DNA from: an uncultured Clostridia bacterium
Lineage (GTDB): Bacteria; Bacillota; Clostridia; TANB77; UBA1234
Direction of reading: 5' to 3'
Assembly (NCBI GenBank): GCA_934149405.1
Contig: CAKPEV010000001.1
Coordinates: 552 to 64,551 of the forward strand
Length of the DNA: 64,000 nt
Translations under genes and position numbers: made by a program
Notes under the pieces: generated by a model
The model's input: the letters and a program-made list of their open reading frames with translations, nothing else
Databases searched by the model: none
What the model was told of the DNA's origin: nothing
Part shown: piece by piece, positions 1 through 9,285 of the stretch
Layout of the letters: every line of letters begins with the position of its first letter
Position numbering within the stretch: position 1 is the first letter of the stretch

Positions 1-236
1 TAAGTTTTGCCTTATGTAAACCACATTTTATCATGTTTTTTTCTACTTTGCAAGTATTTTTGTAAAAATTTTTGATTATAGGGAGAAACAAATAGGGACA
101 GTCCTTTTTGTTAATTTTTTAAGCTTTTGTGTTGTAATTTCTTATTAAATAAAAAATATGGTTTTGTTCATCTCCCATCCACTTAAAATTTGGGGGTGGA
201 CAAAACCATATTTTTCTTGTATTAAAATCTTTACAA

Positions 237-1592
237 CTATTGATTTTTCAAGGTTAGTAGTACACAAGTCTCCACATGACTCGTCTGTGGGAACATGTCT
301 ACTGGTTGTACTTCTTTTATTTCTAATCCGTTTTCTGTTAGATACTTTAGGTCTCTTGCTAGTGTTGCTACATTACAACTGATATATACGATTTTTGATG
401 CTTTCATTTTTACTATTGTTTCTAGCAGCTCTATACCACAGCCTTTTCTTGGTGGGTCGATGAATACTACATCTGCCTTTATTCCTTTTTGATACATCTC
501 AGGCACTATTTTTTCAGCTTCTCCACATATGAATTCTGCATTTTTTATTTCGTTCATTTCTGCGTTTATTTTTGCATCTTCTACCGCTGGTTTTACTATT
601 TCTACTCCATACACTTTTTTAGCATGTTCTGCTACAAATATTGAGATTGTTCCAATTCCGCAATACAAGTCAAATACTGTTTCTGTTCCAGTTAAACCAG
701 CATATTTTAGTGCTATATTGTACAATACTTCTGTTTGAGTTGGATTTACTTGATAAAATGATAATGGTGATATTTTAAATTTGTAATCGCCTAGTCTATC
801 CTCTATATAGCCCTTTCCATATTGTGTTATGCATTTTTCGCCTAGTATTACATTGCCGTTTTCTTTGTTTATGTTTTGTACTATTGTTGTTATTTGTGGA
901 TATTTTTCTACTATTTCTTTTACTATTTTTTCTTTATTTTTTAGATCTGTTTCATTTGTTACAAGCATTAGCATTGTTTCACCAGTGTTTTTTCCGATTC
1001 TTGTTACTATGTGTCTTAGAACGCCTTTGTTTGTTTTTTCATTATATGATGGTACACCATTTTTCTTTATCACTTCAAATGCTATTCTTGCTATTTTGTC
1101 TGCCTCTTGGTTTTGTATTGCACATTCTTTATTTTCTATCAAGCTATGACTTCTGTCTCTATAGAATCCTATCTTTCCATCTACTACTGGATACCCAGCT
1201 TTATTTCTATAATTATATGGTATTCCCATTCCTATGACTTTATTTACTTCTACTTCATGTCCTAATGCTTTTTTTAATGTGCTTTTTACTATATTTTCTT
1301 TATGTTCAAGTTGTGCTTCGTATGACATGTGTTGCAAGTTACAACCTCCACATTTTGAAAAGTTTTCGCAAACAGGTTCTTCTCTATCTCTACTTTCCTC
1401 TATTACTTCTAATAGTTTTGCAAAACCGTAGTCTTTATTTACTTTTAGCATTTTTATTTTTGCTTTTTCACCTTTTAATGCGCCTTTTACAAATGTTGTA
1501 TAACCATTTATTTTTGTTATTCCTTCGCCTTCATAACCCATATCAATTATATCTACATCATAGTCTTGGTTTTTCTCTATCATATAATTCAT
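237..1592 (-). CDS. rlmD: 23S rRNA (uracil-C5)-methyltransferase, RlmD/RumA family. N-terminal TRAM domain, Cys cluster CENFSKCGGC for a 4Fe-4S centre, C-terminal SAM-dependent methyltransferase fold (DLYCGIGTIS).
   Basis: 451-aa ORF. Motif recognition in the translated protein. Confidence 0.8.
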   Translation of the reverse strand: MNYMIEKNQDYDVDIIDMGYEGEGITKINGYTTFVKGALKGEKAKIKMLKVNKDYGFAKLLEVIEESRDREEPVCENFSKCGGCNLQHMSYEAQLEHKENIVKSTLKKALGHEVEVNKVIGMGIPYNYRNKAGYPVVDGKIGFYRDRSHSLIENKECAIQNQEADKIARIAFEVIKKNGVPSYNEKTNKGVLRHIVTRIGKNTGETMLMLVTNETDLKNKEKIVKEIVEKYPQITTIVQNINKENGNVILGEKCITQYGKGYIEDRLGDYKFKISPLSFYQVNPTQTEVLYNIALKYAGLTGTETVFDLYCGIGTISIFVAEHAKKVYGVEIVKPAVEDAKINAEMNEIKNAEFICGEAEKIVPEMYQKGIKADVVFIDPPRKGCGIELLETIVKMKASKIVYISCNVATLARDLKYLTENGLEIKEVQPVDMFPQTSHVETCVLLTLKNQ

Positions 1593-1674
1593 CCTTTCAA
1601 TTTAAACTTTTATTTCCTTGTTTAAATTATCCCATAGTTGTTTTTTATTATCAAATTTTTTCATCTTCATAATG

Positions 1675-2496
1675 TTACAAAATAATTTCTCTTTTCAAAA
1701 AATTATCTTCTATTTTACCTATTCCGATATATTCATTTGTATATAAATTATAGATTCCATCTGGCAGTTCATATCTTAATTTCATACCGTTTAGAAGTTT
1801 ATCCAAGTCTTTTTCTATTGTTATTTTTTTGTCGAATAGTTTTTCCATCGACACTATTTTTTCTTCTGATATTTCTTCGATTTCACATGCATTTTCTATG
1901 CTAAATTTTCCACTTCTTACTCTATTTAATTTTGTCATTGTTCCGCATGTGCCTAGTTTTTTAGCAATGTCTTCGCATAGTACTCTTATATATGTACCCT
2001 TTGATACATGCGCTTTGAAGCTTATTATATCATCTTTTATTTTTATATCTGATATATCAAATATTTCTATATCTCTTGCTTCTCTTTCGACTTCTATGCC
2101 TTTTCTTGCAAGCTCATAAAGTTTTACTCCATTTTGTTTTATCGCTGAATACATTGGTGGTATTTGCTTTTGCTTACCTACAAATGATTTTATTATTTCT
2201 TCCATATTTGTTAGTCTGCTAATTGTTTCTGTACTAACTATTTCTCCTGTTATATCACCTGTACTAGTTTGAATTCCAAGTTTCATTTCTACTTCATAAA
2301 TTTTGTCATCACATGTTAAAAGTTCGACAAGTTTTGTTGCCTTTCCAACGCATACTACAAGCACACCTGTTGCTAGAGGATCCAATGTTCCTGTATGTCC
2401 TACTTTTTTTGTTTTTAATATTTTTCTACACTTTGCAACCACATCATGTGATGTAATGCCTTGTGGTTTATTTATTATTAAAATTCCATCTAACAT
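1675..2496 (-). CDS. truB: tRNA pseudouridine(55) synthase TruB
   Basis: N-terminus GILIINKPQGITSHDVV...GHTGTLDPLATGVLVVCVGKATK is the canonical TruB catalytic region. Operon context after nrnA/rbfA. Confidence 0.9.
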   Translation of the reverse strand: MLDGILIINKPQGITSHDVVAKCRKILKTKKVGHTGTLDPLATGVLVVCVGKATKLVELLTCDDKIYEVEMKLGIQTSTGDITGEIVSTETISRLTNMEEIIKSFVGKQKQIPPMYSAIKQNGVKLYELARKGIEVEREARDIEIFDISDIKIKDDIISFKAHVSKGTYIRVLCEDIAKKLGTCGTMTKLNRVRSGKFSIENACEIEEISEEKIVSMEKLFDKKITIEKDLDKLLNGMKLRYELPDGIYNLYTNEYIGIGKIEDNFLKREIIL

Positions 2497-2561
2497 TTTT
2501 GCCTCCTTTTCTACCTAGCAAAACTTTTCATCTTTCGACATATTTCGCTCCATTAGGCTCT

Positions 2562-2590
2562 AAAAAGGACGATTGTCTCTCGTCCTTTTT
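2562..2590. terminator. Bidirectional hairpin AAAAAGGACG-loop-CGTCCTTTTT between nrnA and truB
   Basis: Perfect 6-bp GC-containing stem flanked by A-run and T-run. Confidence 0.5.
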
Positions 2591-2606
2591 ATATGTATAA
2601 TTTTTA

Positions 2607-3557
2607 TTATTGTAGTTGTCTTTTTATTTCTACTACTAATTCTTCTTTTATTTCTTCTAGTGACTTGCTTGTTTCAAAACCTGCTGCTTTTACATGTCCG
2701 CCACCGCTATACTTTGATGCTATTAGCGATACATTTATGTATTCGTTTGAACGAAGGCTTACTTTTCTCATTCCATCTTTTTCTCTTACGAATATTGATA
2801 CTTCTACACCCTCGATGTCTCTACCATAGTTTACTATTCCTTCTTGGTCACCGTCTTGATTTCCTAGCTCTTCAAAATCTTTTGCTGTTACATATGTAAA
2901 TGCTATTTTTCCATCTGCTAAGATTTCTAATGTGTTTAACGCTCTTCCTAAAAGTCTTGTTCTTGCCTCTGTTGTAGTATCAAACAATATTCTATATATT
3001 TTAGCAATGTCTATTCCTGCTTCTAAAAGCATACCTGCAAATTCAAAAGTTTCTGATTGGACATTATATCTAAATCCACCTGTATCTGTAAGTATACCAG
3101 TATATATACAAGTAGCGATATCTTTGTTTATTGCAACATCCAAAGCTGCTAATATAACTATTATATTTTGGCATGTTGACGATGCAACTGCATTAACATA
3201 GTTTACATCACCAAAATTTTGATTTGTTATGTGATGGTCTATTACTATCGTTTTTTCTATTTTTTCAAATGCTGGTCTTAATGTTCCAAGTCTATCTAAA
3301 TCGCTACTGTCTAAGGCTATGCAAAGGTCATATTCTTCTTCATTTATCTCTTTTTTTAATAGTTCGAAACCTGGTAAGAATGAGTACATTTCATTAACTG
3401 CTGGAACTGCCACATCAACACTCTTTCCAAGCTTTATAAGTCCATTCATAAATCCAAGTGAACTTCCTATTGCGTCTCCATCTGGATTTTCATGAGTTAT
3501 TATCAATATTTTTGCTGCATTTAGAATTAATTCTTTTATTTGTTCTAAAACTGACAT
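2607..3557 (-). CDS. nrnA: DHH/DHHA1 phosphoesterase; bifunctional oligoribonuclease / pAp phosphatase NrnA
   Basis: ITHENPDGDAIGSS DHH motif, DHH and GGGH motifs. Conserved position downstream of rbfA. Confidence 0.8.
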   Translation of the reverse strand: MSVLEQIKELILNAAKILIITHENPDGDAIGSSLGFMNGLIKLGKSVDVAVPAVNEMYSFLPGFELLKKEINEEEYDLCIALDSSDLDRLGTLRPAFEKIEKTIVIDHHITNQNFGDVNYVNAVASSTCQNIIVILAALDVAINKDIATCIYTGILTDTGGFRYNVQSETFEFAGMLLEAGIDIAKIYRILFDTTTEARTRLLGRALNTLEILADGKIAFTYVTAKDFEELGNQDGDQEGIVNYGRDIEGVEVSIFVREKDGMRKVSLRSNEYINVSLIASKYSGGGHVKAAGFETSKSLEEIKEELVVEIKRQLQ

Positions 3558-3569
3558 TTCAACTCTCCT

Positions 3570-3965
3570 TTATTCTTCGCCTTCTCCATCTTCGTTTTCT
3601 ATAGGCTTAATGTCTAAATCTTTTATTATTTTTTGTATTTTTTCTCCATATTCCATTGAATCATCAAATTCAAATTTCACTTCTGGAGTTGAGTGCATTC
3701 TGATGTTTGCACCAATTTCTCTTCTAATTACGCCAGCACCTGATTTTAAAGCATCCATGACTTCCTTTTCGTCTTTTGCACCAATCATGCTTACAAATAT
3801 TTTGCAATACTTCAAATCTTTAGTTACTGATACTTTTGTTACACTTATTAAGCCAGTAAGTCTTGGATCTTTCAATTCTTGTGAAATAACTTTGCTTGCA
3901 ACTTTTTTAATTTCTTCTTCAATTCTATCTGTTCTATCCATTATATTTTCCTTTCTCATCTTCAT
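3570..3965 (-). CDS. rbfA: Ribosome-binding factor A
   Basis: RbfA-like core (KDPRLTGLISVTKVSVTKDLKYCKIFVS) directly downstream of infB. Confidence 0.85.
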   Translation of the reverse strand: MKMRKENIMDRTDRIEEEIKKVASKVISQELKDPRLTGLISVTKVSVTKDLKYCKIFVSMIGAKDEKEVMDALKSGAGVIRREIGANIRMHSTPEVKFEFDDSMEYGEKIQKIIKDLDIKPIENEDGEGEE

Positions 3966-4016
3966 CGCAAACGAAGTTCGTTTACTTCGTTTGCAATGAA
4001 TTATTTATCCTCAGCA

Positions 4017-7000
4017 TTATTTGTTTTCTGTTTTGCTGTTTGGTTTTATTTCTTCCATGATGTATGATTCTATCTTATCTCCAACTTTTATATCACTATA
4101 GTCTTCTATTTGAACACCGCATTCATATCCTTCTGCAACTTCTCTTGCATCATCTTTCATTCTCTTTAATGATGATAGTTTGCCTGTATGAATTACTACA
4201 TTGTCTCTTATTACTCTTAAGCCTGAGTTTCTAACTATTTTTCCCTCTAATACATAACATCCTGCTATCATACCAACATTTGTAATCTTAAACACTTGTC
4301 TTATCTCTGCTGTTCCTTGAATTACTTCTTTATATTTTGGTGTTAACATTCCGTTTAATGCTGCTGTTACATCATCTATTGCGTTATAAATTACTGAGTA
4401 TATTTTTATTTCTACGCCTTCTTTATCTGCAACTTGTTTTGCTGTTGATTCTGGTCTTACATTGAATCCTATTATTATTGCGTTTGTAACTTTTGCAAGT
4501 GTTACATCTGATTCTGTAATTCCACCAACGTTTGCGTGTATTATTCTAACTCTCGCTTCTTCATTTTGTATCTTTTCTAATGATTGACGAAGTGCTTGAA
4601 CACTACCTTGTACATCTGCTTTTATTATGATATTCAAGTCTTTTAACTTGCCTTGTTCTATTTGATTAAATAAGTTGTCTAGAGTAACTGGTGCTGCTTT
4701 TCTAATCATGTCTTCTCTTTGTTTGCTCTTTCTCTTTTCGATTAAGTGCTTAGCTACTTTTTCGTTTTCTACTTCGTAGAATATTTCACCTGCTTCTGGC
4801 ACTTCCGAAAGACCTATTACTTCAACTGGTGTAGATGGTCCTGCCGCTTTTACTTTTTGTCCTTTATCATCTACCATTCCTCTTATTTTTCCTATTACAC
4901 TACCTACAACTATTGTATCACCAATATTTAATGTTCCTCTTTGTACAAGCAATGATACTGTTATACCAGCATTCTTATCTAGTCTAGCTTCTAATACTGT
5001 TCCTTTTGATTGTTTATTAGGATTTGTTTTTAAATCTTTCATATCAGCAACTAGCAATACCATTTCTAATAGTGCATCTATGTTTTTGTGTTGTTTTGCA
5101 GATATAGGTACACAGATTGTGTCTCCGCCCCATTCTTCTGGAACTAAGCCATACTCTGTAAGCTCTTGCTTAACTCTATCTATATTTGCTCCCTCTTTAT
5201 CTATTTTGTTTATTGCAACTATTATTGAAACGCCTGCTGCTTTTGCATGGTTTATTGCTTCTACTGTTTGTGGCATTATACCATCATCTGCAGCCACTAT
5301 AATTATCGCTATATCTGTAACTTGAGCACCTCTTGCTCTCATTGCTGTAAATGCTTCATGTCCCGGTGTGTCTAAGAAAGTGATTTCTCTTCCATTGATT
5401 TCAACTTTATACGCACCAATATGTTGTGTGATTCCACCTGCTTCTCTTTCACTTACATTTGTTGAACGTATTGCATCAAGAAGTGACGTCTTACCATGGT
5501 CTACGTGTCCCATTACTACTACAACTGGTGGTCTTGGTACTAAGTCTTCTTCTCTATCATCTGTATCATCAAATAGTATATCTTCATCTGATACAACTTC
5601 TTTTTTATGTGCTGTTACACCAAATTCATTTGCCACTAAAAATGCTGTATCGAAATCTAATTCATTATTAAGTGTTGCAAGTATTCCATAACCCATCAAT
5701 TTCTTTATTACTTCTGATGCTTGTTTCTTTAATTTCTCAGCCAATTCTTTTACTGTTATCGTCTCTGGAATTTCTATATCTGTAAGCTCAAATATTTTTT
5801 GCTCGATATGTTCTTTGCTTTCTGTTGGTTTTTTCTTGTTTTTCTTGAAACCTTTTTGTCTGTTTGATAAATCATAATAATCAAACATCTTGCTTTCTGT
5901 ATCATTGAACATATTTGAAAAGTTGCTTTCAGATTGCAAATCTTTTAATTTTCCAAAGTTAATATCTTCATCCATTTCTCTAACAACTTTTGATTTTGAA
6001 ACTTTCTTTGTTGGCTCTTCAAATTTTCTGTTGTCTTTTTCTTTATCTTTATAACCTGTTCTAACAATCTCTCTAACTGGCTCTTTTGTAGTAGCTTCTG
6101 AACTTGCTATTACATCTTTTATTCCTTTTTCTATCTTGTTTTCTCTCGATTGATTTTGTTTATTAAAGCCACCTTGACCATTTGGTCTTCTTCCATCTTT
6201 ATTAAATGGTCTGTTTTCTCCTCTATTATCGCCTTTATTTCCGAACTTATTATCTCTGCCATTATTATAATCTTTTCTAAAGTCTCCACCTTGTCTATTT
6301 TGGTTTCTGTCTTTACCATCTCTATCTTGATAAGGTCTATTATTATATGGTCTTTGATTTCTATTTTGATTGTCATTATTTCTATTTTCAAATCTGTTAT
6401 ATGGCTTTTTATTTTCTTCTCTTTTAATTTCTTTCTTTTCTGTTTCTATTTTTTCAGAATTTACTACTGGCACTTTCTCAACAACCTTTTCTTTCTCAAT
6501 TTCTTTTTTTTCTACTGGCTTTTCTTCAATTGGTGCAATCACTTTCTTTTCTTCTACCACTTTTTTATCTTTAATCGTTTCTTCTACTTTTTTTATCTCT
6601 GGCTTTTCAGCGATTTTTTCTATTGTTTTATGTTCAACACTATTTACAACCGCTTTTTGCTCTTCTTTCGGTGTAATACTAGCAATTTTCTTAGGTGGTG
6701 TTCTATATTTTATATTCATTGAAGTATCGGTTCTTCTTTGAACAACTCCCAAATCATCTCTTATAGGTCTTTTTATATCTTTTTTAGTCTCTGGCTCATC
6801 TGTCTCGATTCTAGTAACCTCTCTACGAATAATAACGGGAGCAATTGGTTTTTTCTCTTTTTTGGCGTTATCTTTCTTTGGTTCTTTTCCACCTTTAAGC
6901 TGTTTTTTTATTCTTTCTATATCAGTCTCTTCTAATATTGACATATGATTTTTTACGTCATATTTTAAATCAATTAGTTTTTCAACTAATTCTTTACTTT

Positions 7001-7046
7001 GCATGCCCAACTCTTTTGCCAACTCATACACTTTCATTTTCCCCAT
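4017..7046 (-). CDS. infB: Translation initiation factor IF-2, with a long low-complexity N-terminal region
   Basis: GTPase G-domain [28 protein letters not shown]. 1009 aa. nusA operon context. Confidence 0.95.
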   Translation of the reverse strand: MGKMKVYELAKELGMQSKELVEKLIDLKYDVKNHMSILEETDIERIKKQLKGGKEPKKDNAKKEKKPIAPVIIRREVTRIETDEPETKKDIKRPIRDDLGVVQRRTDTSMNIKYRTPPKKIASITPKEEQKAVVNSVEHKTIEKIAEKPEIKKVEETIKDKKVVEEKKVIAPIEEKPVEKKEIEKEKVVEKVPVVNSEKIETEKKEIKREENKKPYNRFENRNNDNQNRNQRPYNNRPYQDRDGKDRNQNRQGGDFRKDYNNGRDNKFGNKGDNRGENRPFNKDGRRPNGQGGFNKQNQSRENKIEKGIKDVIASSEATTKEPVREIVRTGYKDKEKDNRKFEEPTKKVSKSKVVREMDEDINFGKLKDLQSESNFSNMFNDTESKMFDYYDLSNRQKGFKKNKKKPTESKEHIEQKIFELTDIEIPETITVKELAEKLKKQASEVIKKLMGYGILATLNNELDFDTAFLVANEFGVTAHKKEVVSDEDILFDDTDDREEDLVPRPPVVVVMGHVDHGKTSLLDAIRSTNVSEREAGGITQHIGAYKVEINGREITFLDTPGHEAFTAMRARGAQVTDIAIIIVAADDGIMPQTVEAINHAKAAGVSIIVAINKIDKEGANIDRVKQELTEYGLVPEEWGGDTICVPISAKQHKNIDALLEMVLLVADMKDLKTNPNKQSKGTVLEARLDKNAGITVSLLVQRGTLNIGDTIVVGSVIGKIRGMVDDKGQKVKAAGPSTPVEVIGLSEVPEAGEIFYEVENEKVAKHLIEKRKSKQREDMIRKAAPVTLDNLFNQIEQGKLKDLNIIIKADVQGSVQALRQSLEKIQNEEARVRIIHANVGGITESDVTLAKVTNAIIIGFNVRPESTAKQVADKEGVEIKIYSVIYNAIDDVTAALNGMLTPKYKEVIQGTAEIRQVFKITNVGMIAGCYVLEGKIVRNSGLRVIRDNVVIHTGKLSSLKRMKDDAREVAEGYECGVQIEDYSDIKVGDKIESYIMEEIKPNSKTENK

Positions 7047-7366
7047 TACTTATTAGCCCCCTTTAATTCTTTAACCATTTGCAATATTTTATTACCAAAA
7101 CCTTCATCTAAAATTGTAAAGACCCCTTTGTTTGATTTTCCAATACACTTACTTAGTAAATCTATTTCGCCAAATATTACAATATTAATATTATACAAAC
7201 TAGCCAACTTTATAAATTTATCTTTTGTTTTATCCGAGATGTCTTCTGCAAGTATTACCAGATACGCGTTTCCGCTCTTTATTTTTTCTTCACACATATC
7301 TGCTCCAAACCCAACCTTGCCAGCCTTCATCGCAAGTCCAATCATAGAATATATTCTATTTATCAC
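7046..7366 (-). CDS. ylxQ: L7Ae-family ribosomal-protein-like RNA-binding protein YlxQ
   Basis: 106 aa, L7Ae fold signature, between ylxR and infB. Confidence 0.75.
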   Translation of the reverse strand: MINRIYSMIGLAMKAGKVGFGADMCEEKIKSGNAYLVILAEDISDKTKDKFIKLASLYNINIVIFGEIDLLSKCIGKSNKGVFTILDEGFGNKILQMVKELKGANK

Positions 7367-7631
7367 TATTTATATCGCTCCTTAATGAATCATATATATC
7401 TTCGCTTATCGTTTCTTCGAATTCTTTTTCCAATCTTTTAGCCTTAATAGCTTTTTCCAAACACTCCTTGTTGTAACATATATATGCTCCACGTCCATTT
7501 TTTTTGCCTGTTTTGTCTATGCAAATCTCCCCCTCTGAAGTTTTTACTACTCTTATAAGTTCTTTCTTTGGTTTCGATTCATAACAACCAAGGCATCTTC
7601 TCATAGGTATTTTTTTCAACATTCTTAACAC
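7356..7631 (-). CDS. ylxR: YlxR/DUF448 RNA-binding protein
   Basis: RRCLGC...GRGAYIC motif. Position directly after nusA. Confidence 0.8.
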   Translation of the reverse strand: MLRMLKKIPMRRCLGCYESKPKKELIRVVKTSEGEICIDKTGKKNGRGAYICYNKECLEKAIKAKRLEKEFEETISEDIYDSLRSDINSDK

Positions 7632-7640
7632 CTCTTCGTT

Positions 7641-8687
7641 TTAAGCTTCACCTTTTATTTGAGATTCTGATTTAATATCTATCTTCCAACCTGTAAGTTT
7701 TGCTGCAAGTCTAGCATTTTGGCCATCTTTACCAATCGCAAGTGATAATTGTGAATCTGGTACAACAACTTTTGATGTCATTTCCTCCGGATTCACATCT
7801 ACTGCAAGAACTGATGCTGGGCTAAGTGCTGATGCAATATATTGAACTGGATCTTCGCTCCATTCTACAACATCTATCTTTTCTTCTTTTAATTCGTTTA
7901 AGATATTTTGAATTCTTATTCCTCTAGGACCAACACAAGAACCAACTGGATCTATATTCATATCCTTTGAATAAACTGCAATCTTTGTTCTAGAACCTGC
8001 TTCTCTAACTATATTTTTAATCTCTATTAGCCCCTCATATATCTCTGGTATTTCAAGTTCGAATAGTCTTTTTACAAAACCTGGATGCGTTCTAGAAATC
8101 ATCATTTGAGGAACACCTTTGCTATTTTTTTGAACATCCACAACATATGCTTTTATTTTATCATTTACCGCATATGTTTCTGTAGGAATTTGTTCGTTTG
8201 CTGTCATTATTCCTTCAAGTCTTCCCAAATCAACTATAACGACATTTTTATCAACTTTTTGTATTAATCCACTAACAATTTCGCCTTGTCTATCTGAATA
8301 TTCTGTATAAACAATCTCTCTCTCAGCTTCTCTAATTTTTTGAACTATAACTTGCTTTGCTGTTTGCGCAGCTATTCTTCCAAAGTCTCTAGGAGTAATT
8401 TCAACTTCAACAGTGTCACCCATTTGAACCTTTTTGTCTATTTTTCTAGCATCATCCAAAGAAATTTCTATAGCTGGATCAAAAACTTCTTCGCAAACTT
8501 CTTTTATCGAATACACTTTTATAATAGCGTTTTTCTCATCTATTACTATTTTTACGTTTTCCTCTGCATTAAAGTTCTTTTTATACGCTGTAATTAATGC
8601 TGTTTCAATTGCATCTAGCAAATAATCTTTGTTTATTCCTTTTTCTATACTTAACTCTTCTAATGCTTCAAAAAATTCTTTATTCAT
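7641..8687 (-). CDS. nusA: Transcription termination/antitermination factor NusA. The likely start is MNKEFFEALEE, internal to the longer ORF.
   Basis: S1 and KH domains. Operon position. Confidence 0.9.
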   Translation of the reverse strand: MNKEFFEALEELSIEKGINKDYLLDAIETALITAYKKNFNAEENVKIVIDEKNAIIKVYSIKEVCEEVFDPAIEISLDDARKIDKKVQMGDTVEVEITPRDFGRIAAQTAKQVIVQKIREAEREIVYTEYSDRQGEIVSGLIQKVDKNVVIVDLGRLEGIMTANEQIPTETYAVNDKIKAYVVDVQKNSKGVPQMMISRTHPGFVKRLFELEIPEIYEGLIEIKNIVREAGSRTKIAVYSKDMNIDPVGSCVGPRGIRIQNILNELKEEKIDVVEWSEDPVQYIASALSPASVLAVDVNPEEMTSKVVVPDSQLSLAIGKDGQNARLAAKLTGWKIDIKSESQIKGEA

Positions 8688-9153
8688 TCTCGTTTTCCTC
8701 CCAATTATATAATATTTTTGCACTCGAAATATCATCTATATTTAGCTCATATACCTTGTCTTCTGAATCAATTTTAATTTTTCCATCTAAGACATCCCTT
8801 AAAACGCCTTCGAATTGTTTTCTTTTTTCAAACACCTTAAATAGCTTCACTTCAATGTTTTTACCAATTGCAGCCTTAAATTGTGCTTCATCTCTTAAAT
8901 GTCTTTCTAGACCACATGAAGAAACCTCTAACACGTATGCATTTTCAATAGGATCAACCTCATCAAGTTTTTCACCAACAGCATTGCTAACTTTTTCGCA
9001 ATCATCCAAGTCAATGCCTTTTTCACTGTCAATAAAAAGTCTCAAATACCAGTCGGCGCCTTCTTTAACATAAAGAACATCATATAGCTTATAGCCTAGT
9101 TCTTCAACCACTGGCAAAACTATATTATAATATTCTTGTTCTGTTCTCGTCAT
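8680..9153 (-). CDS. rimP: Ribosome maturation factor RimP
   Basis: 157 aa upstream of nusA. RimP-like sequence (ADWYLRLFID...LEVSSCGLERHL). Confidence 0.85.
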   Translation of the reverse strand: MTRTEQEYYNIVLPVVEELGYKLYDVLYVKEGADWYLRLFIDSEKGIDLDDCEKVSNAVGEKLDEVDPIENAYVLEVSSCGLERHLRDEAQFKAAIGKNIEVKLFKVFEKRKQFEGVLRDVLDGKIKIDSEDKVYELNIDDISSAKILYNWEENENE

Positions 9154-9174
9154 ATTTTTCCTCCTTACACAAGT

Positions 9175-9204
9175 AAAGAGTGAGGTTTGCCCTCACTCTT
9201 TTTG
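9175..9204. terminator. Hairpin GAGTGAGG-tttg-CCCTCACTC with flanking A/T runs, downstream of the SLH gene
   Basis: Stem-loop plus T-tract. Confidence 0.5.
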
Positions 9205-9285
9205 TATACTTTTATTATGCTACAGTTATTTTACTATAAATTCATAGTAAAATCAAGCATTTTTCATAAATTCGTGCCACTTTTT

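Noticed and set aside
6150-6741. Long plus-strand ORFs (190 and 123 aa) rich in Phe/Ile/Ser
   Set aside because: They are antisense to the low-complexity N-terminal region of infB. They are frame artefacts of AT-rich coding DNA.
4017-7046. Asn/Arg/Gln-rich low-complexity stretch in IF-2 ([19 protein letters not shown]...)
   Set aside because: A variable, low-complexity N-terminal region is a normal feature of IF-2.
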